Shown here: one piece after another, positions 9,852 through 18,537 of the stretch | Layout of the letters: every line of letters starts with the position of its first letter | How positions within the stretch are numbered: the first letter of the stretch is position 1 | NCBI GenBank assembly: GCA_963675295.2 | Contig: CAXXKJ010000002.1 | Span: forward strand, 768,001-832,000 | Origin: a bacterium | Lineage (GTDB): Bacteria > Electryoneota > Electryoneia > Electryoneales > Electryoneaceae | DNA: 64,000 bases | Direction of reading: 5' to 3' | Notes under the pieces: generated by a model | The model's database searches: none | Told to the model about the DNA's origin: nothing | Seen by the model: only the letters and a program-made list of their open reading frames with translations | Position numbers and translations under genes: made by a program

Positions 9852-10676
9852 ATGGATACAGAAGCGTTGACCGGATTCATGCAGCATATCTGGGAAGGGG
9901 CGGCGGTGTATCTGCCCAAGTTGGCGTTGGCCCTCGTTACACTGATCGTCGGTTTCTGGATTATCGGTGCGATTTTGCGTGGTATGCGCAAGGGTCTCGA
10001 AGCACGTCAGATGGACCCGTCGTTGGGCAAGTTTCTGTCGAGTCTGATTGGCGTGTTGTTGAAACTGACCCTGCTGATCATGGTTGCGACGATGGTCGGG
10101 ATTCAGACAACATCGCTGGTGGCGTTGGTTGCTGCCGCCGGTTTGGCCGTTGGCTTGGCGTTGCAGGGCAGCCTTGCGAATTTCGCGGGTGGTGTGTTGA
10201 TCCTGATGTTCAAGCCGTTCAAGGTCGGCGATTACATTGAGGCGGGTGGTTTCGCCGGTTCTGTCAATGAGATCCAGATTTTCCAGACGATCCTGAAGAC
10301 GCCGGACAATGTGACGATCATCATTCCGAATGGTGCGTTGTCGAACGGTAACATCAAGAACTACTCGACCGAGCCGAAGCGCCGTTGCGACTTCGAGTTC
10401 GGCATCGGGTACAGTGACGATATCGCGAAGACGAAGGATGTGTTGCAGAAGATTGTGGACGCCGACGATCGCACCCTGACCGATCCGGCGGCACCGTTTA
10501 TCGCGGTCAAGGCGCATGGCGACAGCGCGGTGGTGATCGTGATGCGTGTCTGGGTGGATGCGGCGAACTACTGGCCCTACTTCTTCGACATGATGGAGAA
10601 GGTTAAGGTGACCTTCGATGCGGAAAACATCTCGATTCCGTTCCCGCAGCGCGACGTTCACATGATCCAGGACTAA
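9852..10676 (+). CDS. mscS: Small-conductance mechanosensitive channel
   Basis: AAGLAVGLALQGSLANFAGG, KPFKVGDYI, IIPNG, ISIPFPQRDVH. Confidence 0.95.
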   Translation: MDTEALTGFMQHIWEGAAVYLPKLALALVTLIVGFWIIGAILRGMRKGLEARQMDPSLGKFLSSLIGVLLKLTLLIMVATMVGIQTTSLVALVAAAGLAVGLALQGSLANFAGGVLILMFKPFKVGDYIEAGGFAGSVNEIQIFQTILKTPDNVTIIIPNGALSNGNIKNYSTEPKRRCDFEFGIGYSDDIAKTKDVLQKIVDADDRTLTDPAAPFIAVKAHGDSAVVIVMRVWVDAANYWPYFFDMMEKVKVTFDAENISIPFPQRDVHMIQD

Positions 10677-10708
10677 GTCGTCCGCGATTGTGTTTCCGAA
10701 ATCGATCC

Positions 10709-10739
10709 AAAGCCTCCCCACGCTGGGGAGGCTTTCTTT
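10709..10739. terminator. Bidirectional terminator
   Basis: AAAGCCTCCCCA-CGC-TGGGGAGGCTTT between convergent genes. Confidence 0.8.
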
Positions 10740-10758
10740 ATCTGTGGATATGGGTCGA

Positions 10759-11769
10759 TCAGTCTGCCAGCAGGGGTTGGATCAGCTCATCGAGTTGTGT
10801 CTCGGTGACCGCGCCGAGCCGTTGGCGGATGATACCGCGCCGGTCGATCAGGATGTTGGTCGGGGCGGCGGCGATGTTGTAGGTGGTGGTCGCAGCTCCG
10901 TCGGGGGTGTCCGCAAACAGCAGCGGCATGGTCAGGTGCAAGTCCTCACGAATGCGCGCGAAATTGTCGGGGCCGTCATTGTACCAGCCGACATTGATCA
11001 CCAGCACACGGAACCCGTCTTCATAGCGGCGTGCGTAGACGCGCTGGATGTCGGGGAGTTCGTCCCGGCACGGATCGCAGTCAAACCCCGCAAAGTTGAG
11101 CAGCAGGACCGCGCCCCGGTATTGCGCGAGCGAATATTCGGTGCCGAGATCGCCGGTGAGGATCAGGTTCGGTGCCAGTTGACCGGTTTCGATGCCGGGC
11201 GATTCTACGGTCAACGTCAGGCGCACGGTGGTGGTGTCCGCGGCGCGAACAGTCGTGACGGCATATCCCGGCGACGTGACGGCGTGATCCTGCAGCCATG
11301 CGCTGACGGTATGCTCGCCGGGCAGGATCGGCAACACGGAACCGGACGCGTGCGTCTGCGGCCGGAAATCGATGTGTACGTCTGCGCTGGCGGGTGTTGT
11401 GAGGACGTGTAAATACCCCGAAACGGTTGACGCGCCGGTCAACAGGGATACGGTCTGCGTGTCCGGCGGGGTGATACGGACCGTGGTATCAATGGACGCA
11501 TAGTCCAGCGCCGCCGGCAGCACCGACAGTCTGTGAACCCCCTCGGTCAGACCGCAGAGGGTCGCCGGTGTGCATTCCTGACGCGGGGTGCCATCCACGA
11601 AAATCGCAGCGCCCGTCAGGGTTTGCCCAGCGGTTGTATCCCAGACGCTGACCGTGAGTGCGCCGGCTTCCGGTTCGTCGCATTCTGTGATCCCGCAGCC
11701 AAACAGCCACACGCATCCGGCGAGGATCGCCAGCAACGCGGCGAGCGCGGGCATGGAGCGCCGGTTCAC
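10759..11769 (-). CDS. Lipoprotein with PEGA domains and TlpA/ResA-like redoxin domain
   Basis: LFGC lipobox; GAAIFVDG / PASADVHID PEGA-like repeats; LLNF...CDPC..ELP; APTNILIDRRG. Confidence 0.8.
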   Translation of the reverse strand: MNRRSMPALAALLAILAGCVWLFGCGITECDEPEAGALTVSVWDTTAGQTLTGAAIFVDGTPRQECTPATLCGLTEGVHRLSVLPAALDYASIDTTVRITPPDTQTVSLLTGASTVSGYLHVLTTPASADVHIDFRPQTHASGSVLPILPGEHTVSAWLQDHAVTSPGYAVTTVRAADTTTVRLTLTVESPGIETGQLAPNLILTGDLGTEYSLAQYRGAVLLLNFAGFDCDPCRDELPDIQRVYARRYEDGFRVLVINVGWYNDGPDNFARIREDLHLTMPLLFADTPDGAATTTYNIAAAPTNILIDRRGIIRQRLGAVTETQLDELIQPLLAD

Positions 11770-12287
11770 CGCGATTCCTCTTCTGCTTCGTCGCCCAAAA
11801 GGTCTTCAAGCTTCGTGGTCAGCTTATCGTTGTAGGCCGGGATGTAGCCCATCGTGCGGTACACTTCGGTGCCGGTGGAATCGAGCAGCACGACAGACGG
11901 CGGCGCAACCACGCCCCAGCTCTGCGTGCTCACCTGGCCGGTCGCATCCCAGAGAACGGGGAAGGATACGTTTCGGTTGTGCAGCCAGCCGGGGACTTTC
12001 TGAATGGTGCGGGTGCGGTCGACGTTGAGGCCGACGATGCCGACCCGGTCGCCGTATCGTTGTCCGGCTTCAACCGCCCAGCCGGCGGCCTGGTCCGCTG
12101 GCGCGCAGCAGGCCTTGAAAATGAACACGATCCACGGGCGTCCGTCCGGCGGAAGCGACGCCGGTTTCTCACTGCCCGGCACCGGATCGAGCGCGAGCAT
12201 TTGCTTCATCGCGCCGGTGCGAACCTGTGCGAACAGGGTGGAAACGCCGAACAGAATGGCGAGGCTGAACAACAGGGCGCGTTTCAT
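11766..12287 (-). CDS. Exported TlpA-like thioredoxin-fold protein with atypical CCAPA active site
   Basis: Signal peptide; VGLNVD, FPVLWD.TG, WGV..PP..VLLD..G motifs. Confidence 0.75.
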   Translation of the reverse strand: MKRALLFSLAILFGVSTLFAQVRTGAMKQMLALDPVPGSEKPASLPPDGRPWIVFIFKACCAPADQAAGWAVEAGQRYGDRVGIVGLNVDRTRTIQKVPGWLHNRNVSFPVLWDATGQVSTQSWGVVAPPSVVLLDSTGTEVYRTMGYIPAYNDKLTTKLEDLLGDEAEEESR

Positions 12288-12288
12288 T

Positions 12289-12972
12289 TCACGGCCACAC
12301 GTTGCTGTAGATGATGTACACCCCGGCGAAGCTGACCAGCGCGCCGAAGATGCGTTTCGTCCACAGGGAGAAGTTCGCGATGCCCCGGCTTTCGGCGAAC
12401 CGTTGTACGAATCCCGCTGAGATACCAGCCGCGATGATAAGCGCGACATGGCCGATGGCATACACGAACAGCAGCAGCGTGCCGTAAACAATCTGGCCCT
12501 GGCTGGCGACGAAGGCGAGGATGACGACCAGCACCGGCGTCGCGCAGGGTGTTGACGCGATCCCGAACAGCAGGCCGAGCAGGAACGCGCCCAGTGCGCC
12601 ACGGGATTTCGGCTGCAGGCGTTGCGGCATCGGGATGCGGATTTCGAACAGACCCATCATCGCCAGCCCCATCGCGAACACGAGGATCCCGACCACCCAG
12701 TACCATGCGGTCCCTACCTGTCCGAACAGCCGTCCGAAGATGGCAGCGATGGCGCCGAGGATGGTGAAAGTGATCGCCAGCCCGAGGGCAAACAGCAGGG
12801 AATAAACGACCGACTTGCGCCGGTCGCCGTCCGATGCGCCGCCGACATAGCCGATCACCAACGGCAGGATGACCAGCACGCACGGCGAACTGGCCGAAAG
12901 CAACCCGCCGAGAAAAACCGCTCCGACCGCGAGGAACGGATTCCCCTGCACCGCCTCGAGCAGGCTTTCCAT
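12289..12972 (-). CDS. ccdA: CcdA/DsbD-beta family disulfide transmembrane protein
   Basis: GLLSASSPCVL.ILP and STPCATPVL motifs; 6 TM. Confidence 0.9.
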   Translation of the reverse strand: MESLLEAVQGNPFLAVGAVFLGGLLSASSPCVLVILPLVIGYVGGASDGDRRKSVVYSLLFALGLAITFTILGAIAAIFGRLFGQVGTAWYWVVGILVFAMGLAMMGLFEIRIPMPQRLQPKSRGALGAFLLGLLFGIASTPCATPVLVVILAFVASQGQIVYGTLLLFVYAIGHVALIIAAGISAGFVQRFAESRGIANFSLWTKRIFGALVSFAGVYIIYSNVWP

Positions 12973-13457
12973 CAGAGCTCGACTCCCATGTCACGGAAAA
13001 CTTGCTCAATGTCCTCGCGTGGGAAAAAGCCTTCGTGCCGGAAGAATTCGTTGCCGTCGGCGTCGAGGAACACCTGCGTTGGAATCAGCTTGATGCCGTA
13101 TTGGCTGGCAATGTCCGGAGTCTTGCGCACGTCGTGGAAGGTGACGCGGATGATCCCGGCGTAGTCGCGTTCGAGTCCGGCCATCACCGGCTTCATCTGT
13201 TCGCACGGCTTGCAGCCCTCACTGCCCAGCTCGAGCATCGTTGGCAGTTCAGTTTTCGCCTCGCTGGCAGCCGTATGGGCACCCAATGACGAGCTGAATG
13301 GATCGCAGCAGCTTCCCGCGCTGTCTGCAGCTGTTTGCGCACCGGCAGCATTCTCCTCTGTTGCAGTATCCGACTTTGCACCATCGTTCACATTGCAGCC
13401 TGCGCTGAACCAGAGCACAAAGAGTGCTGTCAACGCCAGCAATGGCAAGCGTTTCAT
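12972..13457 (-). CDS. Thioredoxin-family lipoprotein
   Basis: SAGC lipobox; LELGSEGCKPC..MKP; YGI..IPTQVF...G.EFFRHEGF. Confidence 0.85.
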   Translation of the reverse strand: MKRLPLLALTALFVLWFSAGCNVNDGAKSDTATEENAAGAQTAADSAGSCCDPFSSSLGAHTAASEAKTELPTMLELGSEGCKPCEQMKPVMAGLERDYAGIIRVTFHDVRKTPDIASQYGIKLIPTQVFLDADGNEFFRHEGFFPREDIEQVFRDMGVEL

Positions 13458-13541
13458 CGAATTCTCCCAAGGTTCAATCCAACCGGAACGTCGAGACCTC
13501 CGAGGCCCGGCTTGCACTGTCATGGAACAAACGATAGATTA

Positions 13542-13565
13542 TTGCATGTTGATGCATAAATGCAA
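13542..13565. promoter_or_regulatory. Putative ArsR operator between divergent operons
   Basis: TTGCAT-N12-ATGCAA inverted repeat just upstream of arsR. Confidence 0.55.
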
Positions 13566-13582
13566 GATGCTCAGGAGACGAC

Positions 13583-13912
13583 ATGGCGAAGGTGGATGAA
13601 AAAAAGCTGGAGCTGGAATCGCGGTTATTCGCGATTCTCGGCCAGCCAACGCGTCTCCGTCTGCTGTACATGCTTCGTGAGGGCGAGCTTTGTGTCTGCA
13701 AGATCAACCCGGCGATGCGTGAGGATCAGTCGGTGATCAGCCGTCACCTTGCCAAGCTGCGTGACATGGGGCTGTTGGCGTCGCGGAAGGAAGGCGTGTC
13801 GGTGTATTACAGCATCGCGGAGCCGGCGGTGTTTGAGCTGCTCGAGAAAGCGGATGGCATGCTGCGCGGGATCGTCGAACGGCAGGCCCGTGAGGCGGTC
13901 GCGGCGTTGTAG
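13583..13912 (+). CDS. arsR: ArsR/SmtB family metalloregulator
   Basis: PTRLRLL..L..GELCVC...QS.ISRHL..LR..GL..SRKEG..VYY. Confidence 0.9.
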   Translation: MAKVDEKKLELESRLFAILGQPTRLRLLYMLREGELCVCKINPAMREDQSVISRHLAKLRDMGLLASRKEGVSVYYSIAEPAVFELLEKADGMLRGIVERQAREAVAAL

Positions 13913-13966
13913 GACCAGGAAGTAGCCGTGTCCACTGCAGGGCGCGACTGAGCTGATGAGAGTTCC

Positions 13967-15070
13967 ATGTGGCTTGAGTTGCTGACATCGGGTTGGACGG
14001 CGTTGACGGAATACCTGTCCGCGCATGTGCTGACCTGTCTTGTGCCGGCGTTTTTCATCGCCGGAGCGATTGCCGTGTTTGTCAGCCAGCAGGCGGTGAT
14101 CAAATATTTTGGCCCGGACGCGTCGAAACCGTTGGCGTACGGGACAGCGTCGGTTTCGGGCGCAATCCTCGCGGTGTGTTCGTGTACGATCCTCCCGTTG
14201 TTCGCGGGGATTCGACGCAATGGTGCGGGCTTGGGTCCGGCGATTGCGTTTTTGTATTCCGGTCCGGCGATCAACGTGCTCGCGATCATTTACTCGGCGC
14301 AGTTGCTGGGGGTTGACCTCGGTGTTGCGCGCGCGGTCGGGGCGATTGTGTTCTCGGTCGTGATCGGGTTGATCATGGCGTTGCTGTTCCAGTCGAAGGA
14401 ACGCGCGTTGCAGGCGGAAAACCCGCAGTGGGCGTATGGCACCGGCGAGGATGACCGGCACCCGTTGAAGCAGGTGATCCCGTATTTCGCGGCGATGGTG
14501 GTGTTTCTGGTTGCGGCGTCCGCGATTGGGCTGGTCGCGGAGTTCGGCACATCGGAGAGCGGACGCTGGGCGCTGGAATTCTCCGGGAAGCCGATCCCGG
14601 CGATTGTCGCGGCGGTGTTTCTCGTCGTGGTGATTGTGATGGTGGTGAAGTGGTACGACGGCGAGGAAGTCGCGCGTTGGATGGGTGAGACGTGGGACCT
14701 GATCAAAAAGATCGTGCCGATCCTGCTGGCCGGTGTGTTTGTCGCCGGGATTGTCAAGGTGCTGTTGCCGGAGGCGGTGGTGCAGCGCTGGGTTGGCGGC
14801 AACAGTGTCTGGAACAACCTGCTGGCGAGTGTCTTCGGTGCGTTGATGTACTTCTCGACGCTGACTGAGGTGCCGATTGTGCGCGCGTTGATGGATCTCG
14901 GCATGGGGCGTGGGCCGGCGCTGACGTTGCTGCTGGCGGGTCCATCGCTGAGTTTGCCGAACATGATTGTGATCGGCCGGGTGATGGGTGTGCAGCGGAC
15001 GGCGGTGTATGTGGTGCTGGTGGTCGCGTTGTCGACGGCGGTCGGGTACACCTTCGGGCTGGTGATGTAA
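13967..15070 (+). CDS. ArsP/DUF318 family permease
   Basis: HVLTCLVPAFFIAG, AVCSCTILPLF, FLYSGPAIN, MYFSTLTEVP, LLAGPSLSLPN. Confidence 0.9.
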   Translation: MWLELLTSGWTALTEYLSAHVLTCLVPAFFIAGAIAVFVSQQAVIKYFGPDASKPLAYGTASVSGAILAVCSCTILPLFAGIRRNGAGLGPAIAFLYSGPAINVLAIIYSAQLLGVDLGVARAVGAIVFSVVIGLIMALLFQSKERALQAENPQWAYGTGEDDRHPLKQVIPYFAAMVVFLVAASAIGLVAEFGTSESGRWALEFSGKPIPAIVAAVFLVVVIVMVVKWYDGEEVARWMGETWDLIKKIVPILLAGVFVAGIVKVLLPEAVVQRWVGGNSVWNNLLASVFGALMYFSTLTEVPIVRALMDLGMGRGPALTLLLAGPSLSLPNMIVIGRVMGVQRTAVYVVLVVALSTAVGYTFGLVM

Positions 15071-15111
15071 CGTGGTGAACACGTAGTACATGTGAGATAA
15101 AGGATCGAACG

Positions 15112-15357
15112 ATGAAGAAGATCGAAGTGTTGGGCGTTGGTTGCCCGAACTGCAAGAAGACGGAAGCGTTGATCCGTCAGGTAACCGACAAGCTGGGCTG
15201 GCAGGATGGCGCGGATTTCGAATTGACCAAGGTGACGGCACCGAACGACATCGCGTCGTACGGCATCCTCGCAACGCCGGGCGTGGTAATTGACGGCAAG
15301 GTGGTTCACAGCGGCAAGGTGCCGTCCAAGGGTATGATCGAGCGCTGGCTGGCGTAA
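15112..15357 (+). CDS. MTH895/ArsE-type small thioredoxin-like protein
   Basis: IEVLG.GCPNC, KVT...I..YGI..TPG.VIDG.V...GKVP. Confidence 0.9.
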   Translation: MKKIEVLGVGCPNCKKTEALIRQVTDKLGWQDGADFELTKVTAPNDIASYGILATPGVVIDGKVVHSGKVPSKGMIERWLA

Positions 15358-15400
15358 GGTGGCCGGTTGGGCAGTGGCAGGTTCCCACCAGAAAAAGCAA

Positions 15401-15422
15401 GCCCGGATCGAATGATCCGGGC
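15401..15422. terminator. Hairpin after the ars-like operon
   Basis: GCCCGGATC-GAAT-GATCCGGGC. Confidence 0.45.
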
Positions 15423-15784
15423 ATAGTCTCCAAGCTTGCGAATCTCTGAAAACCGGTACGGGGGAAGGCGTATGAATCCGGCGAGATTGTTCCTTTAAGC
15501 TTGGAAGTCAAACAGATCCCAGGTGAACAGGTCAGCGGCAATCAGCTGGTCACACCGCTTGTTGTCTGCTCACCATACAACATACTTTGGCCTCCACAAG
15601 TTGTCAAGAGGTTGGCTGGAATAGCTCCAGAAGAATGGAGAAGGGGCGGGCTCTGCGACAATCCTGGAGTCTGGCAAATACCAGACAGAGTAACTCCGCG
15701 GGTATGGCGGAGAAGCCAATTTTGTCGCTTATTTCACATACAGTTGTTCAGCGATTCAGGGTCAACGCTTAGTTTGGGGCGGGC

Positions 15785-16618
15785 ATGCGTGACGACGAGA
15801 AAGAGTTGGCGGAGGTATTGACGCGGTACGGATTTTTCCCCAGCGAATCGCGATTGTATCTCGAGATGCTGCGCAAGCACGAAATCTCCGCGGGGGAATT
15901 GCATCGCATCACCGGGCAAAGCCGTCCCCGGACCTACGAGCTGATCAACCAGATGGTGCTCAAGGGGTTCTGCCAGCAACGGGTGGAAGGCCGTCGCAAA
16001 TATTACAGCGCGATCAAGCCGAGCAAGCTGCGGGAGTTGATGCAGCAGAAGTGGAAGCAGGAGCAGAAGCGGGAAGCGCAGCTGTTTGAGAAGATGGACT
16101 CGATGTTTGAGGGCGGGCGTGACAACGAACAGCCCTTCGACTTCATTGAGATCATCCGCACCAAGGACCTGATCAACCAGAGCTTCGTCAACCTGGTCAA
16201 CGAAGCGCAGACAATTATCCACTCGTTTGTCCGGCGCCCGTTCTCAGGCCTGACTCAGGCGAACTGGGAAGCGCAGCGGGACGCGCTCGCCAACGCTGAC
16301 GCGCGCGGGGTGGAGGTGCTGTCGATTTATTCGTCCGAGGATATGAGCACCGAGCTGCTGCAGAAGGCGTTCGCTGCGACGGAGGAATTGCCGCTCTCGC
16401 AGGTGCGGATCATGGCCGGGCTGCCGGCGAAGATGTTCGTGTTTGACCATTCGAAGGTGCTGCTGGCGATCCCGTCGATCCCGGGCGAAAAGGTCAGCGA
16501 CTTCACGATGATGGTGCTCGAGGACGAGTCCAACGCGCAGGTCTATTCCGAGCTGTTCGAGATGTACTGGCAGAAGGCGCTGCCGTTCGTAGAGTGGAAG
16601 AAGCAGAATGGGGCGTAG
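15785..16618 (+). CDS. TrmB family transcriptional regulator
   Basis: L..YG....E.R.Y..L.....SAGEL...TG..RP..YE..NQMV.KG HTH; C-terminal PLD-like K...FD domain. Confidence 0.85.
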   Translation: MRDDEKELAEVLTRYGFFPSESRLYLEMLRKHEISAGELHRITGQSRPRTYELINQMVLKGFCQQRVEGRRKYYSAIKPSKLRELMQQKWKQEQKREAQLFEKMDSMFEGGRDNEQPFDFIEIIRTKDLINQSFVNLVNEAQTIIHSFVRRPFSGLTQANWEAQRDALANADARGVEVLSIYSSEDMSTELLQKAFAATEELPLSQVRIMAGLPAKMFVFDHSKVLLAIPSIPGEKVSDFTMMVLEDESNAQVYSELFEMYWQKALPFVEWKKQNGA

Positions 16619-16655
16619 TTGTATCCGGAGAAGACTGTCCAGAACAGACCAGCCG

Positions 16656-18434
16656 CTACTTGAGCAAAATCGCTTTTTGCGTTCCGGCCCACGTTCCGGC
16701 GTTGGCGCGAACGAAATACACCCCGGCAGCGACGCCCGCGGCATCCCAGCTGAACTCATGGGTTCCCGCCTCAAGCAAACCGTTCGCGAGGGTCGCAACC
16801 TGCTGGCCCGCCATGTTGAAGACGGTGACATGCAGGACGCCGGGTGACGGCAGCTCGACACGGATCGTGGTGCTGCTGTTGAACGGGTTCGGCCACGGTT
16901 CGCTCAGGGCGAACTCGGACGGGATGTCCGCAAGACCGGGGTGGCCCGGGTCATCGTGTGACCCGGGAGTCCCCGGATCGTCGACACCCACTTCGCCCTT
17001 CTGGATCTGGATCGTGCCGAGGCCCATGTTGGACGCCTGGTCGGGGTGGTTGCCATAGTGCAGCTCGACCGTGTACTCACCATCGGGCCAGGCTTCCGGG
17101 ATGACGAGCGTCTCGTTCCCGGTGGAGATGTCAACGCCGGGTTGCAGCGTCACCACGGTCGCCGGATAGGTTTCGGTGAAGCCGTCCGGGCCGGTGACAT
17201 ACACATACCGGTCAAGGTCGGTGGCGTTGACGAAGATGTTGCTTGTCAGTTCGTCAAAGACAAGTGTCCCGCCGGTGGATGGGAATAACGTGGCTTCCGC
17301 CGTCAGCTCGACTTGCACCTCCGGTTCCCATTTGATCAGTGCCAGATCTTCGGGGTCGTCGAGAGACCAGTATCGCGGCCACCATGCTGCGACGACACCA
17401 CCGTCTCGTCCCTGCGTAAGTGATACGATTTCCCCGCCAAGGTCTTCATATTCCCAAAGCAATGTGCCGTTCGAATCGAGTTTCCCAAGCCAGTGAGTCA
17501 ATCCATCAATCGTATACGATCTTCCGCAGACAGCGATAGAACCGTCTGCTAGCAGCACCAACTCGTAGGCTCTACCATCCCAGTCGTCAGGATTTGGCAA
17601 CAATGTAGCCCAGACCAGTGTTCCATCTGGATTCCGTTTTGAAACGTATCGCTTCTGGATTTCATCAACAACATAGCCGCAAGTGTAGAGATAACCCGAT
17701 TCATCCTCGCGGACGCAGTAGTTCATCCCGTTCAGGGTATCGCCGGGTATGGAGGCGATGATATCCCAGACAAGTTCGCCATACGCGTCGACTTTGTAGA
17801 GATACGGGCCGCGGAGGTCACCATCGACACGTCCGCTTGGAACGATAAAACCGCCGTCCTGAGTGGGTTCAACCCAGTTGGAAACCGGCATGTTGATGTG
17901 CTCGAGACGCCAGAGAACTTGGCCTGCAGGTGAAATGCGGTGAAGGAAACAGCCTTCCGCTGTACCCACTGCTACAAATCCGCCAACAGGCGCTTCACGG
18001 ACGCAGGTGAAATACTCCGTATGATCAGCGGAAGAAACCCAAATCCACAATTGGTTGCCGTCAGCGTCAAGCTTGCGGACAAATGCGTCAAACTGCATCC
18101 CAACCTGTGTTTCTCCGCACTGGATGAATCCGCCGTCCGAAGTCGGTTCGATGTGATGGCCGGCATCTGTGAGGTCTTGTCCTTCCAAATTGAACCAAAT
18201 CTCATTGGCTTCGCTATCCAATCGGATCGTAGTCACTTGTGGATTGAATGGATCAACGGGATCCCAAGAAATCCCTGAGGTGATATATCCACCTGTTGGA
18301 ACTGCATTCACACAATCCATCCACTCACTGCCCGCTTGAGAACCCCATCTGGCTGTCCAAAGAGTGTCCGGAGGTTGGGCGATTGCAGGTAGTGCAAACA
18401 ATAGAACAAGCGAAAGTGCGGTGTACGTTCTCAT
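16656..18434 (-). CDS. T9SS cargo A: beta-propeller + Ig-like stalk + sorting domain
   Basis: Signal peptide; QPPDTLWT; repeated DGG..V / KLD.DG..LW blades; WPNPFN CTD. Confidence 0.9.
   Translation of the reverse strand: MRTYTALSLVLLFALPAIAQPPDTLWTARWGSQAGSEWMDCVNAVPTGGYITSGISWDPVDPFNPQVTTIRLDSEANEIWFNLEGQDLTDAGHHIEPTSDGGFIQCGETQVGMQFDAFVRKLDADGNQLWIWVSSADHTEYFTCVREAPVGGFVAVGTAEGCFLHRISPAGQVLWRLEHINMPVSNWVEPTQDGGFIVPSGRVDGDLRGPYLYKVDAYGELVWDIIASIPGDTLNGMNYCVREDESGYLYTCGYVVDEIQKRYVSKRNPDGTLVWATLLPNPDDWDGRAYELVLLADGSIAVCGRSYTIDGLTHWLGKLDSNGTLLWEYEDLGGEIVSLTQGRDGGVVAAWWPRYWSLDDPEDLALIKWEPEVQVELTAEATLFPSTGGTLVFDELTSNIFVNATDLDRYVYVTGPDGFTETYPATVVTLQPGVDISTGNETLVIPEAWPDGEYTVELHYGNHPDQASNMGLGTIQIQKGEVGVDDPGTPGSHDDPGHPGLADIPSEFALSEPWPNPFNSSTTIRVELPSPGVLHVTVFNMAGQQVATLANGLLEAGTHEFSWDAAGVAAGVYFVRANAGTWAGTQKAILLK
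16938..16967. repeat. REP-like palindrome copy 1 (in frame inside cargo A)
   Basis: GGGGTGGCCCGGGTCATCGTGTGACCCGGG; 29/30 identical to 22080-22109. Confidence 0.8.
16984..17219. repeat. 236-bp direct repeat identical to 18839-19074
   Basis: Base-by-base comparison at offset 1855. Confidence 0.9.
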
Positions 18435-18537
18435 GGTTCATCCTCGCAGATTGTTGATATTTCGCTTGTTACAAATATGTGAGAGCACAATGTTCGCGAA
18501 CTACGTAGCCCGGGGGTTCAGAGCCAGGCGCCAGCTG

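Noticed and set aside
10759-15357. Selenocysteine in the redox cluster
   Set aside because: All active-site positions are Cys codons in uninterrupted ORFs; no in-frame TGA seen
13625-15541. Long antisense or alternate-frame ORFs (also 34322-35947, 35782-37305, 58823-60208, 5199-6254)
   Set aside because: Shadows of well-supported GC-rich genes on the opposite strand; no motifs
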